Source of the DNA: a virus
DNA length: 64,000 nt
IMG/VR virus record: IMGVR_UViG_3300049324_000053
Direction: 5' to 3' (one strand)
Below are positions 39,147 to 50,065 of this stretch, piece by piece. Below the pieces are notes generated by a model. The model searched no databases. It was given only the letters and a program-made list of their open reading frames with translations, and had not been told where the DNA came from. The first letter of the stretch is position 1, and each line of letters opens with the position of its first letter. The translations under genes were made by a program, and so were the position numbers.

Positions 39147-40415
39147 GTGCCCACGCCGGCCATCACGTCGATCAGCCCGTCGCCGTTGTACGCGGGGGCC
39201 ACCGCCACCGTCTTCGGCACCGACCTGCCGCTCACCATCGACACGGTCCGCGCGTCGGTCGCGCCCCCCGACTACGACCCGACGCCGGCAGAGCCGGACG
39301 CGGCCGGCACGGTGCATCCGATGTTCGTGCTGGCCGGTATCCCGGTGACCTGGGTCGGGGGACATCCGACGTTCGTCGTGCCGGCCACGACACGCACCAC
39401 CGGGGTGCTGGTCGTGTCGCTGAACGCCACCGGCGGCACTCACGACATCAAGTGGGACACACCGGTGGCACCCGATTTCGTGGTGCCGTTCGTCGTTCCT
39501 CCCTCCGGCGCCGGCACCGCCCCCGGTGTGACCCCACCGCCGGCGTCGGCGACGGTGAACGGTGTCATCTACGACCCGTCCTGGAATCTGCTGACCAATC
39601 CGGCGCCGAGCCCGGCAGCGTTCGTCACGGTGATCGACCCGTGGCCGGTGTACTCCGGGCTGCTGTGCACCGCCGGCGGCCCGAACGTCGGCGTCTGCAC
39701 CGACATTTTGATCACCACGGTGAAAACGGTCAACGCGGTGACTACTCAACGCACGTTGAGCGCCCCCCTGACCCGGCTGAACCAGAACTCGGCCAGCTTC
39801 ACCTTGCCCGACTTCGGGGTCGAGGCGTTCACCACCGCCGCCGCCCAGGTGCGGTACACCGTCGACGGGGCGGTGCACCTGTCGTATCCGCTGCCGCTGG
39901 TTCTTGTCGCTCCCCCGGCCGCCACCGGACCGCCCGCCACCGCCGTCACCCCCACCTACGGCTACAACATCCCGACGGGCGGCTACTGGGGGCCGCTCGC
40001 GATGCAGCGGTGGCAGTTTCATGATCCGAGCGACCCGGATCCGGTGACGAACACCTGGACCGTACCGATAAACCCGCGCGAGATGAGCAGCGTGTTCCCC
40101 ACCCGCGCGTTCACCCAGAAGCATTCCACCGCGGTCGACGGGCAGCTACTGCTGTTCGAAGGCCCACCGGCGCCGGTCGATTTCACGTTCGCCGGCGCCA
40201 TTCTTGACGCCAACCATTACGACATGCTGCGTTCCTGGACTTACGAGCGGCACACCGCCATCGAGATCCGCGACCATTTTGGGCGCACCCTGCTCGTCGT
40301 CATGACCAAGTTCGACGTCAAACCGAAGAATGCGCGTGGCGTGTACTGGCGGCATGAGTATTCGATCGAGGCGCTGCTGCTGGACATCAGCCCCCCGACC
40401 CTGATTCCGGCATGA
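39147..40415 (+). CDS. Putative distal tail protein with N-terminal extension
   Basis: First gene after TMP; C-terminal WTVPINPREMSS...FTFAGAIL domain. Confidence 0.6.
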   Translation: MPTPAITSISPSPLYAGATATVFGTDLPLTIDTVRASVAPPDYDPTPAEPDAAGTVHPMFVLAGIPVTWVGGHPTFVVPATTRTTGVLVVSLNATGGTHDIKWDTPVAPDFVVPFVVPPSGAGTAPGVTPPPASATVNGVIYDPSWNLLTNPAPSPAAFVTVIDPWPVYSGLLCTAGGPNVGVCTDILITTVKTVNAVTTQRTLSAPLTRLNQNSASFTLPDFGVEAFTTAAAQVRYTVDGAVHLSYPLPLVLVAPPAATGPPATAVTPTYGYNIPTGGYWGPLAMQRWQFHDPSDPDPVTNTWTVPINPREMSSVFPTRAFTQKHSTAVDGQLLLFEGPPAPVDFTFAGAILDANHYDMLRSWTYERHTAIEIRDHFGRTLLVVMTKFDVKPKNARGVYWRHEYSIEALLLDISPPTLIPA

Positions 40416-43400
40416 GGCCCGTCACACCGGAGATGGCCGCGATCTGGCATGGCGGCCAGTACGTCGGCATCAACCGGTCGATGGCCCGGGTCACCGTGCA
40501 GACCGGTGCGATGCAATTGCATTCGACCAGTTCCAACGTGTACGCCAGCTACCTGTTCAACGCTCCCGGCTTGCCGCAGGAACTGCCCAACGTGCGTGAG
40601 GTGTCCTGGTCACGCGGCACCGAAACCGATTTCGGTTCCTGCACGATCGTGCTGACGAACACCGCAAACGTCGCCGGCCGCGCCGGCGCCAGCCGTGCCG
40701 CCGACGGCTGGTACTCCCCGATGCGCGGCATGAACGCGCTCGCCGCCCGCTGGGCGCAGCAGCCGAATACCTGGGCGCGGATGCTGCTGCCGGACAACTT
40801 GATCCGCACGTTCGAAGGTTACGGCGTCAACCCGGATGCCCCCCCGGAGCTGGACATTCACCTGATGCTCACCGGCGTCTGGCGCATCGACACTGTGCAG
40901 CTGACCGCCGACGGTCTGGTCACGATCACCTGCCGGGATGTCACCAGCATCCTGGACAAACAGATCATGTTCCCGCCGGTCGTTCCCAGAGCGTTCTATC
41001 CGTTGCAATTCGCCGGCGTCGACACTACCCCAGGGTTCGTCGCGGGCAGCACCTACACGTTCACGCTGACCGCCGGCGGCAGGCACAACACCACCCATCC
41101 CCCGGCCAACGGATACACCGGCCCTTACGATCCTCCCGCCACGGTCACCGCCACCGCCGGCCCCGCGAACATCACTGTTCACTGGTCGCCGCCTGCGGGG
41201 TTCGACAACGCCGGAGGCCCGATCGAGGTCGTCGGCTACCAGGTGCTCGTCGACGCAGTTCGCCTGCCCACCCTCTACCCGCCGGCGAGCACCCAGGCGA
41301 CCATCAGCACCGGCATCATCGCTGGCAACGTCTACTCGGCCGGCGTCGTGGCCGTCTACCGTCAGCATTTGACCGCCGACGAACGTGCCGCCGCAGTACA
41401 CGCCGGCCGCGCGAACACCGACCCGCAGGAAGTGTCCGACGTCGGTCACGCGCCCACCATGGCGCACCCAGGACATCCGAACGGCCCCACGACAACCGCC
41501 GGGTCGCTGCGCCTGGACATCGCCAGCAACGGTGACGTCACCCCCCGCATGGTCAGCTGGCAGTGCGACACCAAAGGCGCGCCGACGCACTGGACGCTGA
41601 TCGCTTACCGGGGGGGCAATCCGCCGGCCGACAAACGCATCTACCATGTCGATCTTCCTGCCGGCGCGACCGGCGGGCAGATCCTCACCGACGTCACCGA
41701 CAACATGCAAGCCTGGAACTGGCTGGTGTACGGCATCATCAACTACACCGCCCCACCGGCCGGCGGCAAACCGCCCGTTACGTCCACGTTCATCGGCACC
41801 GCCGACGCCTTCTTGCGTAACATCGGTGCCGGCGAGTTCTACGCCCCTCCGGTCGCCGGCGCACCACCGCGGTACACCACCGGTCCCGGCGGCGCCACGT
41901 TCACCACCCCCATCACCGGTGGCTCACCGGCGTCCGGCGCCCGGCCCACCGGCGCCACCGTCAAGGTTCCGGCCAAGCCGTCGCTCATGGCCTGCACGTA
42001 CGACGACACCAGCAACACCTATTACGTCGGCCGCGGCGGCACAATGTTCGGTCATCGCGCCACCGACGCGTTCGATTCTCAAAGCGCGTCCTGGTGGATG
42101 AGCGTCGGCAACATCTCCCCCAACCGCGGCTTCGCCTTCGAATGGGTGCAGGGCGCGGTGCGTAACGTCACCGTCACCAGCGTCAAGTTTCATACCAAGC
42201 TGTCCGGTTATCACGCCTACATTTCGCTGTTCGCGCACGGCGCCTGGGTGCACTATCATCCTTCCGATCTCATTCCGTACGACCCGACATTGCCCGAGAG
42301 CCACAACCACGGCAACATTCCGTATGCGGCAAGTTTCGTGACCGGCGTCAACGACGAAGGTCCGCACACGGTGGTGCTGCGCACCCCGGTACCCGGGGTG
42401 ACCAAGGTGCGGCTCACGTTGCGTAACCTGCAGAATTTCAACCGGGCGAACCTGTCCAGTGGTTACGCCTACCGTGCCGGTGTGCGGTCCCTGTCGGTGT
42501 ACGGCGTCGCCGCCAGTAGCGGCGGTGGCGGTGGTGGTGGTAACGGTCCTGGTGTTCCCGGGCCCATCGAGGACGACGACACCGCCGACGGTGCCACCAC
42601 CTACGAAAAGTACATCGCCCCGTCCATCGTCACCGGCGCCGGTGACCATCCCGGCCAGTTCTCCGACTACACCGGTATCGTGAAACTGCTCACCGGCTGG
42701 GGCGGGTTCTTCTGGCCCGACCATGGTAAGCAGATGTGCTGCGACGGCAGCTATCAGCAGTTCGATCACGGTCTTGGCCCGTACGGGCTGCCCAACGTCG
42801 ACCCCGAACTCGGTGGCGTCGACGGCGGTCGTATCTGGGGCGACTTCATGGACACCGGCACCCACGCCTCCACGTTGCTCCCGATCGCCACCTGGGACAA
42901 GCAGCCTTTGATGGCCGGCGTCGGTGTCGTCAAGCAGATCATTGGATTCAACTTTTACGGCGACGAGACCGGCGGCGTTGTGTGGCGGCTGCCGAACATC
43001 TACTCGGTCGGCAACTGGATCACCATGCCGACCGGGGACCGGGCCCGCACATCTGCAGTGCTGACCATTGACGATTCGCAAACCCTGATGGGCCTGCAAA
43101 GCACCTACTCGGGGGCGGCGCTGCGTGAACGTATCTTCGTCGGCACCCCCGACGGGCTGTATGGCGCGGTGGCCGCCGGCTGGAACCCGAACCCGACGGG
43201 GTTGCGCAGAGTGGGTGGCTGGACCGACTACAACTTTGCCGCCGGTGCCGCGCCGCCGCCGGTTGCCAGCAAGACGGGATTCATGAACCCTCGGTTCGTC
43301 ATCGACCCCGCCAGCTGGCGCGACCCGTCCATCAACCCGATGCTGCAGGTCACCGCCGACATGATCCAGATGCGGGCGCTCATGGCGTATCACACCGCGC

Positions 43401-43696
43401 AAGTGCAGATCCCTGGTTATCCGGCCGTGCAGATCGACGATCAGATCCGGGTCAACGAACGCATCACCGGGGAAGCAGCGCTGCACTATGTGCAGGGCAT
43501 CTCCAGCAGCAACGATCTGATGGCCGGCGTGTGGACCTACACTCTGGACACCACCTGGCTCGGGACCGACCCGAGCGACCTGTGGCTGTTTCGGGCGTCG
43601 ATCCTGCCGGAGGAGACGCAGGCGTTCCTCACCGCGCTGTCCGCCGTGGCTGCCAGCACCCTGTCCACCGGATCGGCCAGCGACGTCACCATCTGA
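40412..43696 (+). CDS. Tail tip/hub protein with FN3-like and other inserted domains
   Basis: 1094 aa; IPGYPAVQIDDQIRV hub-type C-terminus; ITVHWSPPA...VGYQV FN3 pattern. Confidence 0.7.
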   Translation: MRPVTPEMAAIWHGGQYVGINRSMARVTVQTGAMQLHSTSSNVYASYLFNAPGLPQELPNVREVSWSRGTETDFGSCTIVLTNTANVAGRAGASRAADGWYSPMRGMNALAARWAQQPNTWARMLLPDNLIRTFEGYGVNPDAPPELDIHLMLTGVWRIDTVQLTADGLVTITCRDVTSILDKQIMFPPVVPRAFYPLQFAGVDTTPGFVAGSTYTFTLTAGGRHNTTHPPANGYTGPYDPPATVTATAGPANITVHWSPPAGFDNAGGPIEVVGYQVLVDAVRLPTLYPPASTQATISTGIIAGNVYSAGVVAVYRQHLTADERAAAVHAGRANTDPQEVSDVGHAPTMAHPGHPNGPTTTAGSLRLDIASNGDVTPRMVSWQCDTKGAPTHWTLIAYRGGNPPADKRIYHVDLPAGATGGQILTDVTDNMQAWNWLVYGIINYTAPPAGGKPPVTSTFIGTADAFLRNIGAGEFYAPPVAGAPPRYTTGPGGATFTTPITGGSPASGARPTGATVKVPAKPSLMACTYDDTSNTYYVGRGGTMFGHRATDAFDSQSASWWMSVGNISPNRGFAFEWVQGAVRNVTVTSVKFHTKLSGYHAYISLFAHGAWVHYHPSDLIPYDPTLPESHNHGNIPYAASFVTGVNDEGPHTVVLRTPVPGVTKVRLTLRNLQNFNRANLSSGYAYRAGVRSLSVYGVAASSGGGGGGGNGPGVPGPIEDDDTADGATTYEKYIAPSIVTGAGDHPGQFSDYTGIVKLLTGWGGFFWPDHGKQMCCDGSYQQFDHGLGPYGLPNVDPELGGVDGGRIWGDFMDTGTHASTLLPIATWDKQPLMAGVGVVKQIIGFNFYGDETGGVVWRLPNIYSVGNWITMPTGDRARTSAVLTIDDSQTLMGLQSTYSGAALRERIFVGTPDGLYGAVAAGWNPNPTGLRRVGGWTDYNFAAGAAPPPVASKTGFMNPRFVIDPASWRDPSINPMLQVTADMIQMRALMAYHTAQVQIPGYPAVQIDDQIRVNERITGEAALHYVQGISSSNDLMAGVWTYTLDTTWLGTDPSDLWLFRASILPEETQAFLTALSAVAASTLSTGSASDVTI

Positions 43697-43710
43697 TTTG
43701 TGAAGGAGGC

Positions 43711-44556
43711 ATGTTGAGCATCGACATCGGCGGCCATCTGCCGCCGCCCCTGTTCGAACTGGCCAACGCTGCCAATTCCGATGTGGCGAACGCCAACAGC
43801 CAGAACGCCGCCCGCCCCGCGACCAGTACCATGACCGTGGACATCACCGGTTCCGGGCAGACCGTCCGGTCCAAGCCCGTCCCGTTCGACACCGCGTTCG
43901 ACGGCAAACCCGTCTTCACCTACGGCGTCGAACTGACCAAATACGACCCGGCGTACGCTTACCCGTCGGCGACTGCCGGCGTGTACAAGTGGGTCATCGA
44001 CGCCAAGGGCCTGTACACCGGCTGCTATCTGTATTTTCATGTCGATGTGGAGGCCAAGAATCTGCAGGTGCTGCAGTACGCGGAAATGTCGGCGCGGATG
44101 AATCTGTCCTACCAGTACAGTCGACAGACGGCGTTTAAAACAGCTGCTAACCAAGGTTACTACTCTAACGGCTACTGGTGGCCACCTGGTTTTGCAGAGG
44201 GCAAGGATCTTTACCCGGGGGATGACGGCACCATTGCGGGGGCGCAGTACCAATATTATCGGGCAGTCGCAGCGTACGCCGCATATCATCTGTACGCCAA
44301 GGCGCAGCAGGAGCAGCAGAAGGTGATCAATGCTGCCGTCAAACTGGCCGAAGCTCAGCAAGCCTTGGCTACGGCGGCGCTGGCCAAAGCGGTCGCTGCC
44401 AAGGCTCCGACGACGATCACCACGTTTCATCTGTCGTTCTACGGCACGGCGTTGAAAGTACTGCCTCCGGAGTTGACCGATGACAGTTCTCCGACGCTGC
44501 CGACGTACAACCCGCCGTGGACGCCCGATCAGCCGATCATGGTGCAACCGCTGTAG
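43711..44556 (+). CDS. Minor tail protein
   Basis: SD AAGGAGG; position in the tail-tip block. Confidence 0.65.
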   Translation: MLSIDIGGHLPPPLFELANAANSDVANANSQNAARPATSTMTVDITGSGQTVRSKPVPFDTAFDGKPVFTYGVELTKYDPAYAYPSATAGVYKWVIDAKGLYTGCYLYFHVDVEAKNLQVLQYAEMSARMNLSYQYSRQTAFKTAANQGYYSNGYWWPPGFAEGKDLYPGDDGTIAGAQYQYYRAVAAYAAYHLYAKAQQEQQKVINAAVKLAEAQQALATAALAKAVAAKAPTTITTFHLSFYGTALKVLPPELTDDSSPTLPTYNPPWTPDQPIMVQPL

Positions 44557-44571
44557 CAGACAAGGAGCGCC

Positions 44572-46218
44572 ATGCATCGGGTGGCATTGGTGAACTATCC
44601 GACGTTGCAGAACCCGCGAACGATCGGCCGGATTTCCGACTCACAATTGCTGGTTGCCAGCGATGAGCCTTTGGATGACAACTCGTACTGGCTGGAAGCT
44701 GACCTGCTGTACAGCATTCCGATCAACGCCATGGCCGGCAGCAACGCGTTCGCCGGAACCGCCCTGCCGGTAGCGATCCCCCATCCGCAGCCCCCCGCGG
44801 TTGCCGACGTCAACTGGATGCCCGTGACGATTCGGGTCGTTGCCGCGCTGCCCGTGGGCGCCGACGCCACCGTGCTCATCCTGCTCGCCGAATGGATCAA
44901 CCCGGGGTCACCGCACGGACCGGACTACCCACCGATCGACGCCAGCCTTTGGTGTTACATCGTGCTGCGTCACAGCGGCACCGCGATGTATTACGGCTCC
45001 CCTCAGCTGCTCCTGCAGGAGTACTTCGACGTCGCGGGCACCCAGACCGACGTCAACGGTGCGCCGGTCTACTGGATCCGTACCTTCGGCCCGTCGATCG
45101 GCTGGGACCACTTCGAGGTGCAAGGTGATCTGCTGGTCGGGACCGCACAGCATCCGGGACCGTACAACGTCGACGACATCATCGGTCCCGTCGCCGTCGG
45201 CGTCTACGGCGGCAACGAGGTCGACATCCGGTCGATGGGCAACGCTGCGGTGCTGGTCGCGTCGGCGCTGTCCAGCCCGGTCGTCGTTCCCATCACACCT
45301 GGCGAGTCCAACCCGCCACCGCTGCCCGCGCCGACCCCGTCGACGCTCACCGACGCCCAGCTGGCCGGCCTTGCGGCCAGCGTCGGATTCACCGGACGCG
45401 ACATCGTGCTTGCGGTCGCGATGGCCCTGGCAGAGTCCGACGGACGCACCGACGCTACGAATGCCAATGCCAACGGCAGCACCGACTACGGGCTGTGGCA
45501 GATCAACACCATTCACCCGGAGCTGCTGGCCAGCGGCACCTGGTCGGTGCCCGCCGACAACGCCCGCATGGCGTACTCGGTGTTCACCGACGCCGGCCGC
45601 AGCTGGACACCTTGGTCCACCTACAACAACGGCGCCTACCTGAAGTTCTACGCACGCGGGCAAACGGCCGCAGCCAATCCGGACACCACCTACGCCAGCA
45701 CCGCTGCGGCCACCCCACGAGCGGTGACCAGCGCCGGCACGGGAACCGGACTGGACAACACGGCGTCCTGGGGCAAGGTGTGCGTCGATGTGGTGCGGGT
45801 GAACGGGGTGTACCTGCTGCTGACCGTGCAGGCCGGCGCCGGGCTGATGCTGGTCCGCACCGACGGCACCACCCGGCTGACCACGATGCTGGACCCGCAG
45901 GTCTACCCCAACCCGATCGAAGCTTTGGACCTGGCCAACAACCCCGGTCTCGGTGCGCAAGCCGAGACGTATGTGCTGAGCAACGGGCACGGCCTCATTC
46001 TCGACGGGCAGCTCGCCCGGTACGACATGAGTCCGTACGGCGGCTACATTCACGTATGGCGTGAATGGATCCACACGTCCGCGGATGGTGCTCAAACTCG
46101 CGATGTTGAGCTGATCGCTGTCGCAGCATCCGGTTTGCTGAGCGGGGAAGCGACCGTCGTCGACCGCATGACGGTCAGTTCCCGTCCGTATCCCGAACCG
46201 GTCATCGACATCAGCTAA
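44572..46218 (+). CDS. Minor tail protein with internal lytic transglycosylase (SLT-like) domain
   Basis: AVAMALAESDG...DYGLWQIN...WTPWSTY at ~45340-45660. Confidence 0.8.
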   Translation: MHRVALVNYPTLQNPRTIGRISDSQLLVASDEPLDDNSYWLEADLLYSIPINAMAGSNAFAGTALPVAIPHPQPPAVADVNWMPVTIRVVAALPVGADATVLILLAEWINPGSPHGPDYPPIDASLWCYIVLRHSGTAMYYGSPQLLLQEYFDVAGTQTDVNGAPVYWIRTFGPSIGWDHFEVQGDLLVGTAQHPGPYNVDDIIGPVAVGVYGGNEVDIRSMGNAAVLVASALSSPVVVPITPGESNPPPLPAPTPSTLTDAQLAGLAASVGFTGRDIVLAVAMALAESDGRTDATNANANGSTDYGLWQINTIHPELLASGTWSVPADNARMAYSVFTDAGRSWTPWSTYNNGAYLKFYARGQTAAANPDTTYASTAAATPRAVTSAGTGTGLDNTASWGKVCVDVVRVNGVYLLLTVQAGAGLMLVRTDGTTRLTTMLDPQVYPNPIEALDLANNPGLGAQAETYVLSNGHGLILDGQLARYDMSPYGGYIHVWREWIHTSADGAQTRDVELIAVAASGLLSGEATVVDRMTVSSRPYPEPVIDIS

Positions 46219-46228
46219 GGAGCGCGGC

Positions 46229-46522
46229 ATGTACCAGTCCGCTGACGTCAGCGACCCGATCGGCCGCTGGGACCAGTGGCAACGTCAGACCCAGCGCAGC
46301 ACGTTCCAGGCGCTCGGCAACCAGGTGCTGTACGGCAACGGCCTGTACGTCGTCGACCGCGTCCTGGCGCCGACCACCCCGACCGGCGGCCCGCTGCCCG
46401 ACGACGGCACCCAGCCGCTGCTGGACCCGCCTCCGGAGCTGCCCGACGGCAGTGCCGGCCCCCCTGCGGAAGGGGCGAGCAGCGTGATGGGCGACAAGCC
46501 CTCGGTGCTGTTCGAACCCTGA
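46229..46522 (+). CDS. Hypothetical protein
   Basis: 97 aa; SD AAGGAG. Confidence 0.65.
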   Translation: MYQSADVSDPIGRWDQWQRQTQRSTFQALGNQVLYGNGLYVVDRVLAPTTPTGGPLPDDGTQPLLDPPPELPDGSAGPPAEGASSVMGDKPSVLFEP

Positions 46523-46569
46523 CGGGCGGGACTTGATCCTTCCGGTGGCGATTCGTGCCGGGATGGTCC

Positions 46570-46593
46570 GATCCGGTCGTCGGCATGCCGATT
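46570..46593 (+). promoter_or_regulatory. Putative late promoter GAT-N14-GCCGATT
   Basis: Exact spacing; intergenic. Confidence 0.65.
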
Positions 46594-46611
46594 CGTTCAT
46601 GGGAGGTGGCT

Positions 46612-48693
46612 GTGGTCACGCGCAGGTTCTCGCTCAGCCAGTTCGGTGGCAGCGTCGGGGGATCCATCATCGACGACGGCGCCAAGTACTCCACCAGCGA
46701 TCGCGCGGTCATCGACGCCGTGCTTGCCGCGTTCGAAACGCACTCGCACACCGAGATCCGTACCGGCGGCACCCGCATCGCGGACCCCACCGAAGCGCCC
46801 CGCCTGGACCTGGCCATCACCGGCGGCAACCTGCCCGGCAACATCACTTACTACTATCAGTGCTCGTTCATCGACACGTTCGGTCTGGAGACCGCCGCAT
46901 CCAGCGAGGTGTCCGTCGCGACCGGTGAACCGGTTCTCGCGCCGAACCTGCCGATCCTTTCCGGTGCCACCGGCGGCACTCTGGCCGACGGGCTGTATCT
47001 GTACGGGCTGACCTCGCTGACCGCCGCCGGCGCCGAATCCGAACTCGGTTCCGTCGCCAGCATCACCGTCATCCCCGGCGATCACACGGTCATCGTCGGT
47101 TTTCCGCCGCTGCCGGCCGGCGCCGCCACGTTCGGCGTCTGGCGTCAAGGCCCGCAAACCACCGCCCCGACCCGCATCGTCATCGTCGATCCGGCTGCCA
47201 CCGACAGTTTCACCGACACCGGTGCCATCGCCGCGGACCCCCTCGCCGGTACCCCCGGGCATCTGCCGCCCACCATGAACCTGACCAACGCCTCCAACGC
47301 GGTCACCATCACCTGCCCCGACGCCGGTCTCGTCGCCGCCGCCGGTACCGGCATCGCCGCGTGGCGCATCTACCGGTCCACCTCCTCGGGGGTGTACCCG
47401 GCGGCAAGTCTGCTCGCCGAAATCGTCGGACCCGGCGCCGGCGGCATCGGCCTTGTCGCCACGTTCGTCGACGACGGCACCGCGGTCCCCACCCAGGGCG
47501 GGCCCCTGTTTCATACCCAGACCTTGCAGCCGGCCGCCTCCGTGCTGCGCACCGTCACCACCTTGCCGACGCCGGCGCCACCCACCCCGACCGGCGTGCT
47601 GCACCTGGTGTCCAGCCCCGGCCAGTTCGCGCTGTACCTCACCGACGGCGCCGCCTGGCACACTGTCGGTGGCTCATCAGGGGTGTTCGCCCCCGCCAGC
47701 CGGCTGATCGTGTCCGTCGCCACCCCACCCGCCGCCACCGGTGCCGGTGCGCCGCTGACCGTCACCGGCGACCCGCTCGACACTGTCGGCAACGACACCA
47801 CGGTGCTGCCGTTCGCCGACGGCCCCCTCGCCCAGCTGACCACCGCCGGCACCTGGGCCGTGTCGGTCACCGCCGGCCCCTGGCCCGTCACCGACCCCGG
47901 CGACACCCTGCTGCTGATGGTGCATGCCGCCCTGCCCGACGGCGCCGCCGACATCATCCCCGACGCCGCCGGCCAGGTCACCGCAGTCGCCGGCCAGAGC
48001 GCGATCACCGTCACCACCGCGCTGCCCACCCGCCGGTATCCGGCCGGCACCCGCCTCACCGGCCTCATCACCAGCTACTACACCACCGACACCCCAGCGC
48101 TGATCCCCATCACCTTGTCCGCCGCCCTGGTCGCCGGAACCGCCGCCGACGCCGTCCTCACACCCGCCACCAGCCTGATCCTGACCCGTGCCGACGCGTC
48201 CGCGACCGTCGCGTTCACGTTCGCCCCCGGCGCCGACCGCCATGAACTGCGCCTCTACGCCGGCGTCACCTTCGTCGACGCGATTCCCGCCGCCATCTCC
48301 GGCCAGTTGCTGACCGGACTGACGAACGGCACCGAATACACCGTGCAGGTGTACGCCGTGCACGCCGGTGCGTACGCCGCCCCCGCCACCGGTGTCGTCA
48401 CCCCCACCGCACCCACCGTCCCCGACCCGCCCCGGCTGCCACTCGCCTCCGGCGGCAACGCCATGGCCACCATCAGCTTCACCCCGCCGAGCTACGACGG
48501 CGGCAGCTCCATCACCGGTTACACCGTCACCAGCGACCCTGACGGTCTGGCCGCGACCGGCGCCGAAAGCCCCATCATCGTGACCGGCCTGACCAACGGC
48601 ACCGCCTACACGTTCACCGTCACCGCGACCAACGCGCAAGGCGAATCCGCACCGTCGATCCCCACCGACCCGATCATGCCTGCAGGCACCTGA
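46612..48693 (+). CDS. Virion protein with C-terminal fibronectin type III domains
   Basis: GLTNGTEYTVQVYA and DGGSSITGYTVT...GLTNGTAYTFTVTATN; SD GGGAGG before GTG 46612. Confidence 0.8.
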   Translation: MVTRRFSLSQFGGSVGGSIIDDGAKYSTSDRAVIDAVLAAFETHSHTEIRTGGTRIADPTEAPRLDLAITGGNLPGNITYYYQCSFIDTFGLETAASSEVSVATGEPVLAPNLPILSGATGGTLADGLYLYGLTSLTAAGAESELGSVASITVIPGDHTVIVGFPPLPAGAATFGVWRQGPQTTAPTRIVIVDPAATDSFTDTGAIAADPLAGTPGHLPPTMNLTNASNAVTITCPDAGLVAAAGTGIAAWRIYRSTSSGVYPAASLLAEIVGPGAGGIGLVATFVDDGTAVPTQGGPLFHTQTLQPAASVLRTVTTLPTPAPPTPTGVLHLVSSPGQFALYLTDGAAWHTVGGSSGVFAPASRLIVSVATPPAATGAGAPLTVTGDPLDTVGNDTTVLPFADGPLAQLTTAGTWAVSVTAGPWPVTDPGDTLLLMVHAALPDGAADIIPDAAGQVTAVAGQSAITVTTALPTRRYPAGTRLTGLITSYYTTDTPALIPITLSAALVAGTAADAVLTPATSLILTRADASATVAFTFAPGADRHELRLYAGVTFVDAIPAAISGQLLTGLTNGTEYTVQVYAVHAGAYAAPATGVVTPTAPTVPDPPRLPLASGGNAMATISFTPPSYDGGSSITGYTVTSDPDGLAATGAESPIIVTGLTNGTAYTFTVTATNAQGESAPSIPTDPIMPAGT

Positions 48694-49073
48694 TGCTGTT
48701 TTACGCGATGGCCGAATCCACCGGCTCCCCGGTCCTGGACTCCTTCTTGCCGTTCATCAACCTCGGCGTGCTCGTCGTCGTCGTCGGCATGGTGCTGACC
48801 CGCCGCGGTTTCATTCCGTCCTGGTCGCTGCAGGACTGTGAGACATCACGGGACCGGGAATTGGCCGAAACGCGCGCCCAGTACGACCGTGCCGTGGCGT
48901 TTCTGCAGGCACAGATGGATCGCGTCGAAGCCGAACGCCGGGACTTGCGCCATCAACTCGACACGTTGCAACGCACCACCACCGAGCAGGTGGTCCCCGT
49001 GCTGATCGAAGCCAACCGGATCACCAGTCAATATCTGGACACCCTTTCGCGTCAGCAATCGCGGCTGTTGTGA
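48693..49073 (+). CDS. Membrane protein, holin-like
   Basis: One N-terminal TM helix plus coiled coil; located in the lysis region. Confidence 0.6.
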   Translation: MLFYAMAESTGSPVLDSFLPFINLGVLVVVVGMVLTRRGFIPSWSLQDCETSRDRELAETRAQYDRAVAFLQAQMDRVEAERRDLRHQLDTLQRTTTEQVVPVLIEANRITSQYLDTLSRQQSRLL

Positions 49074-49273
49074 ACGACATCTCCGCGCGTCCATCACCTG
49101 ACATCATGGCCCGCGCCGAGTCCGACCTTCTCCGTCGTCGTACCGACCAGATCATCACTCAATCACTGCTGCTCGTCGGCGAACTGCGCACCCGCACCAA
49201 TCAGCTTCAAGACCTCGTCGCCGACCTCACTCAACGTGCTGCAGCGGCGCAAGGAGATGACGATGCCTGTTGA
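49070..49273 (+). CDS. Small coiled-coil protein
   Basis: 67 aa; overlaps both neighbours. Confidence 0.6.
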   Translation: MNDISARPSPDIMARAESDLLRRRTDQIITQSLLLVGELRTRTNQLQDLVADLTQRAAAAQGDDDAC

Positions 49274-49895
49274 GCGCCGCTACGTTGATGACCCTGATTA
49301 CGACGGCCCCGAACGGCGCCTGGAGCTGATCACTGCAGCTCAAGTCGCCGACCTGCGTGTTGCCGTGTCCAGCCTCGCCGAACGGGTCACCGTCCTCACC
49401 GACCAGGTCGCCGACGTCGGGGAGCTGCACCGCCGTCAGCAAGCCATCGACGAACTCGCCGCCCATGCCGAACGGGAAGCCGAAGCCGCACTCGCCAAAC
49501 TTGCCGACGTCGAAACCACCATCGTCAGCCGTGAAGAACTGGCCCGGACCGCCACCGCCGACCGCGCCGAACGTGACCGGGTCCGCGCCCGTCTCGCCCG
49601 CCTGATCTTTCGCGTCGCGTTCAGCACCCTCGTCGTCGGTTTCCTGCTCGGTGCGCTGCTCATCGTTGCACTCGTGCGCCAGTCGCACGACAACACCCGG
49701 CTCGCCGCCCAGACCCACACCTTCGCCACCGCCTGCGCCGCGCGCAACGTGCAGCTGGCCGTGCAACGCCAGCTGTACGTCGACCAGAACGCCACGTACA
49801 CCGCACACCCGAACGACCCGCTCGCCGTGCAGCTGGGCCAAGCCGCCCGCGCGGCGCTGGCCAAACTGCCGCCGGCGCAGGACTGCACGCCGTGA
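49263..49895 (+). CDS. Coiled-coil membrane protein (lysis accessory?)
   Basis: Coiled coil followed by a TM segment; SD AAGGAG. Confidence 0.65.
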   Translation: MPVERRYVDDPDYDGPERRLELITAAQVADLRVAVSSLAERVTVLTDQVADVGELHRRQQAIDELAAHAEREAEAALAKLADVETTIVSREELARTATADRAERDRVRARLARLIFRVAFSTLVVGFLLGALLIVALVRQSHDNTRLAAQTHTFATACAARNVQLAVQRQLYVDQNATYTAHPNDPLAVQLGQAARAALAKLPPAQDCTP

Positions 49896-49918
49896 GTGTC
49901 GCGTCGTAGGCTTCCGGC

Positions 49919-50065
49919 ATGGACGACGACGAGCCCGGCGATCACACGGCAGACAGCATCGAGAAGTTGTACTGGCGTCTTGCTGACCGGGCGTTGCTCG
50001 ATCGGCCGGATCTCCAGGAAAGTCTTGCCCAGATGCGCCGTGGCGAAGGTGAGATTGTTGCTTAG
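49919..50065 (+). CDS. Orphan antitoxin-like peptide (48 aa, not in ORF track)
   Basis: MDDDEPGDHTADSIEKLYWRLADRALLDRPDLQESLAQMRRGEGEIVA; TAGGCT 6 nt before ATG. Confidence 0.55.
   Translation: MDDDEPGDHTADSIEKLYWRLADRALLDRPDLQESLAQMRRGEGEIVA

Noticed and set aside
25588-48693. Contractile injection system or myovirus tail
   Set aside because: No recognisable sheath or baseplate wedge genes; capsid genes, a G/GT frameshift and a long TMP indicate a siphovirus-type virion
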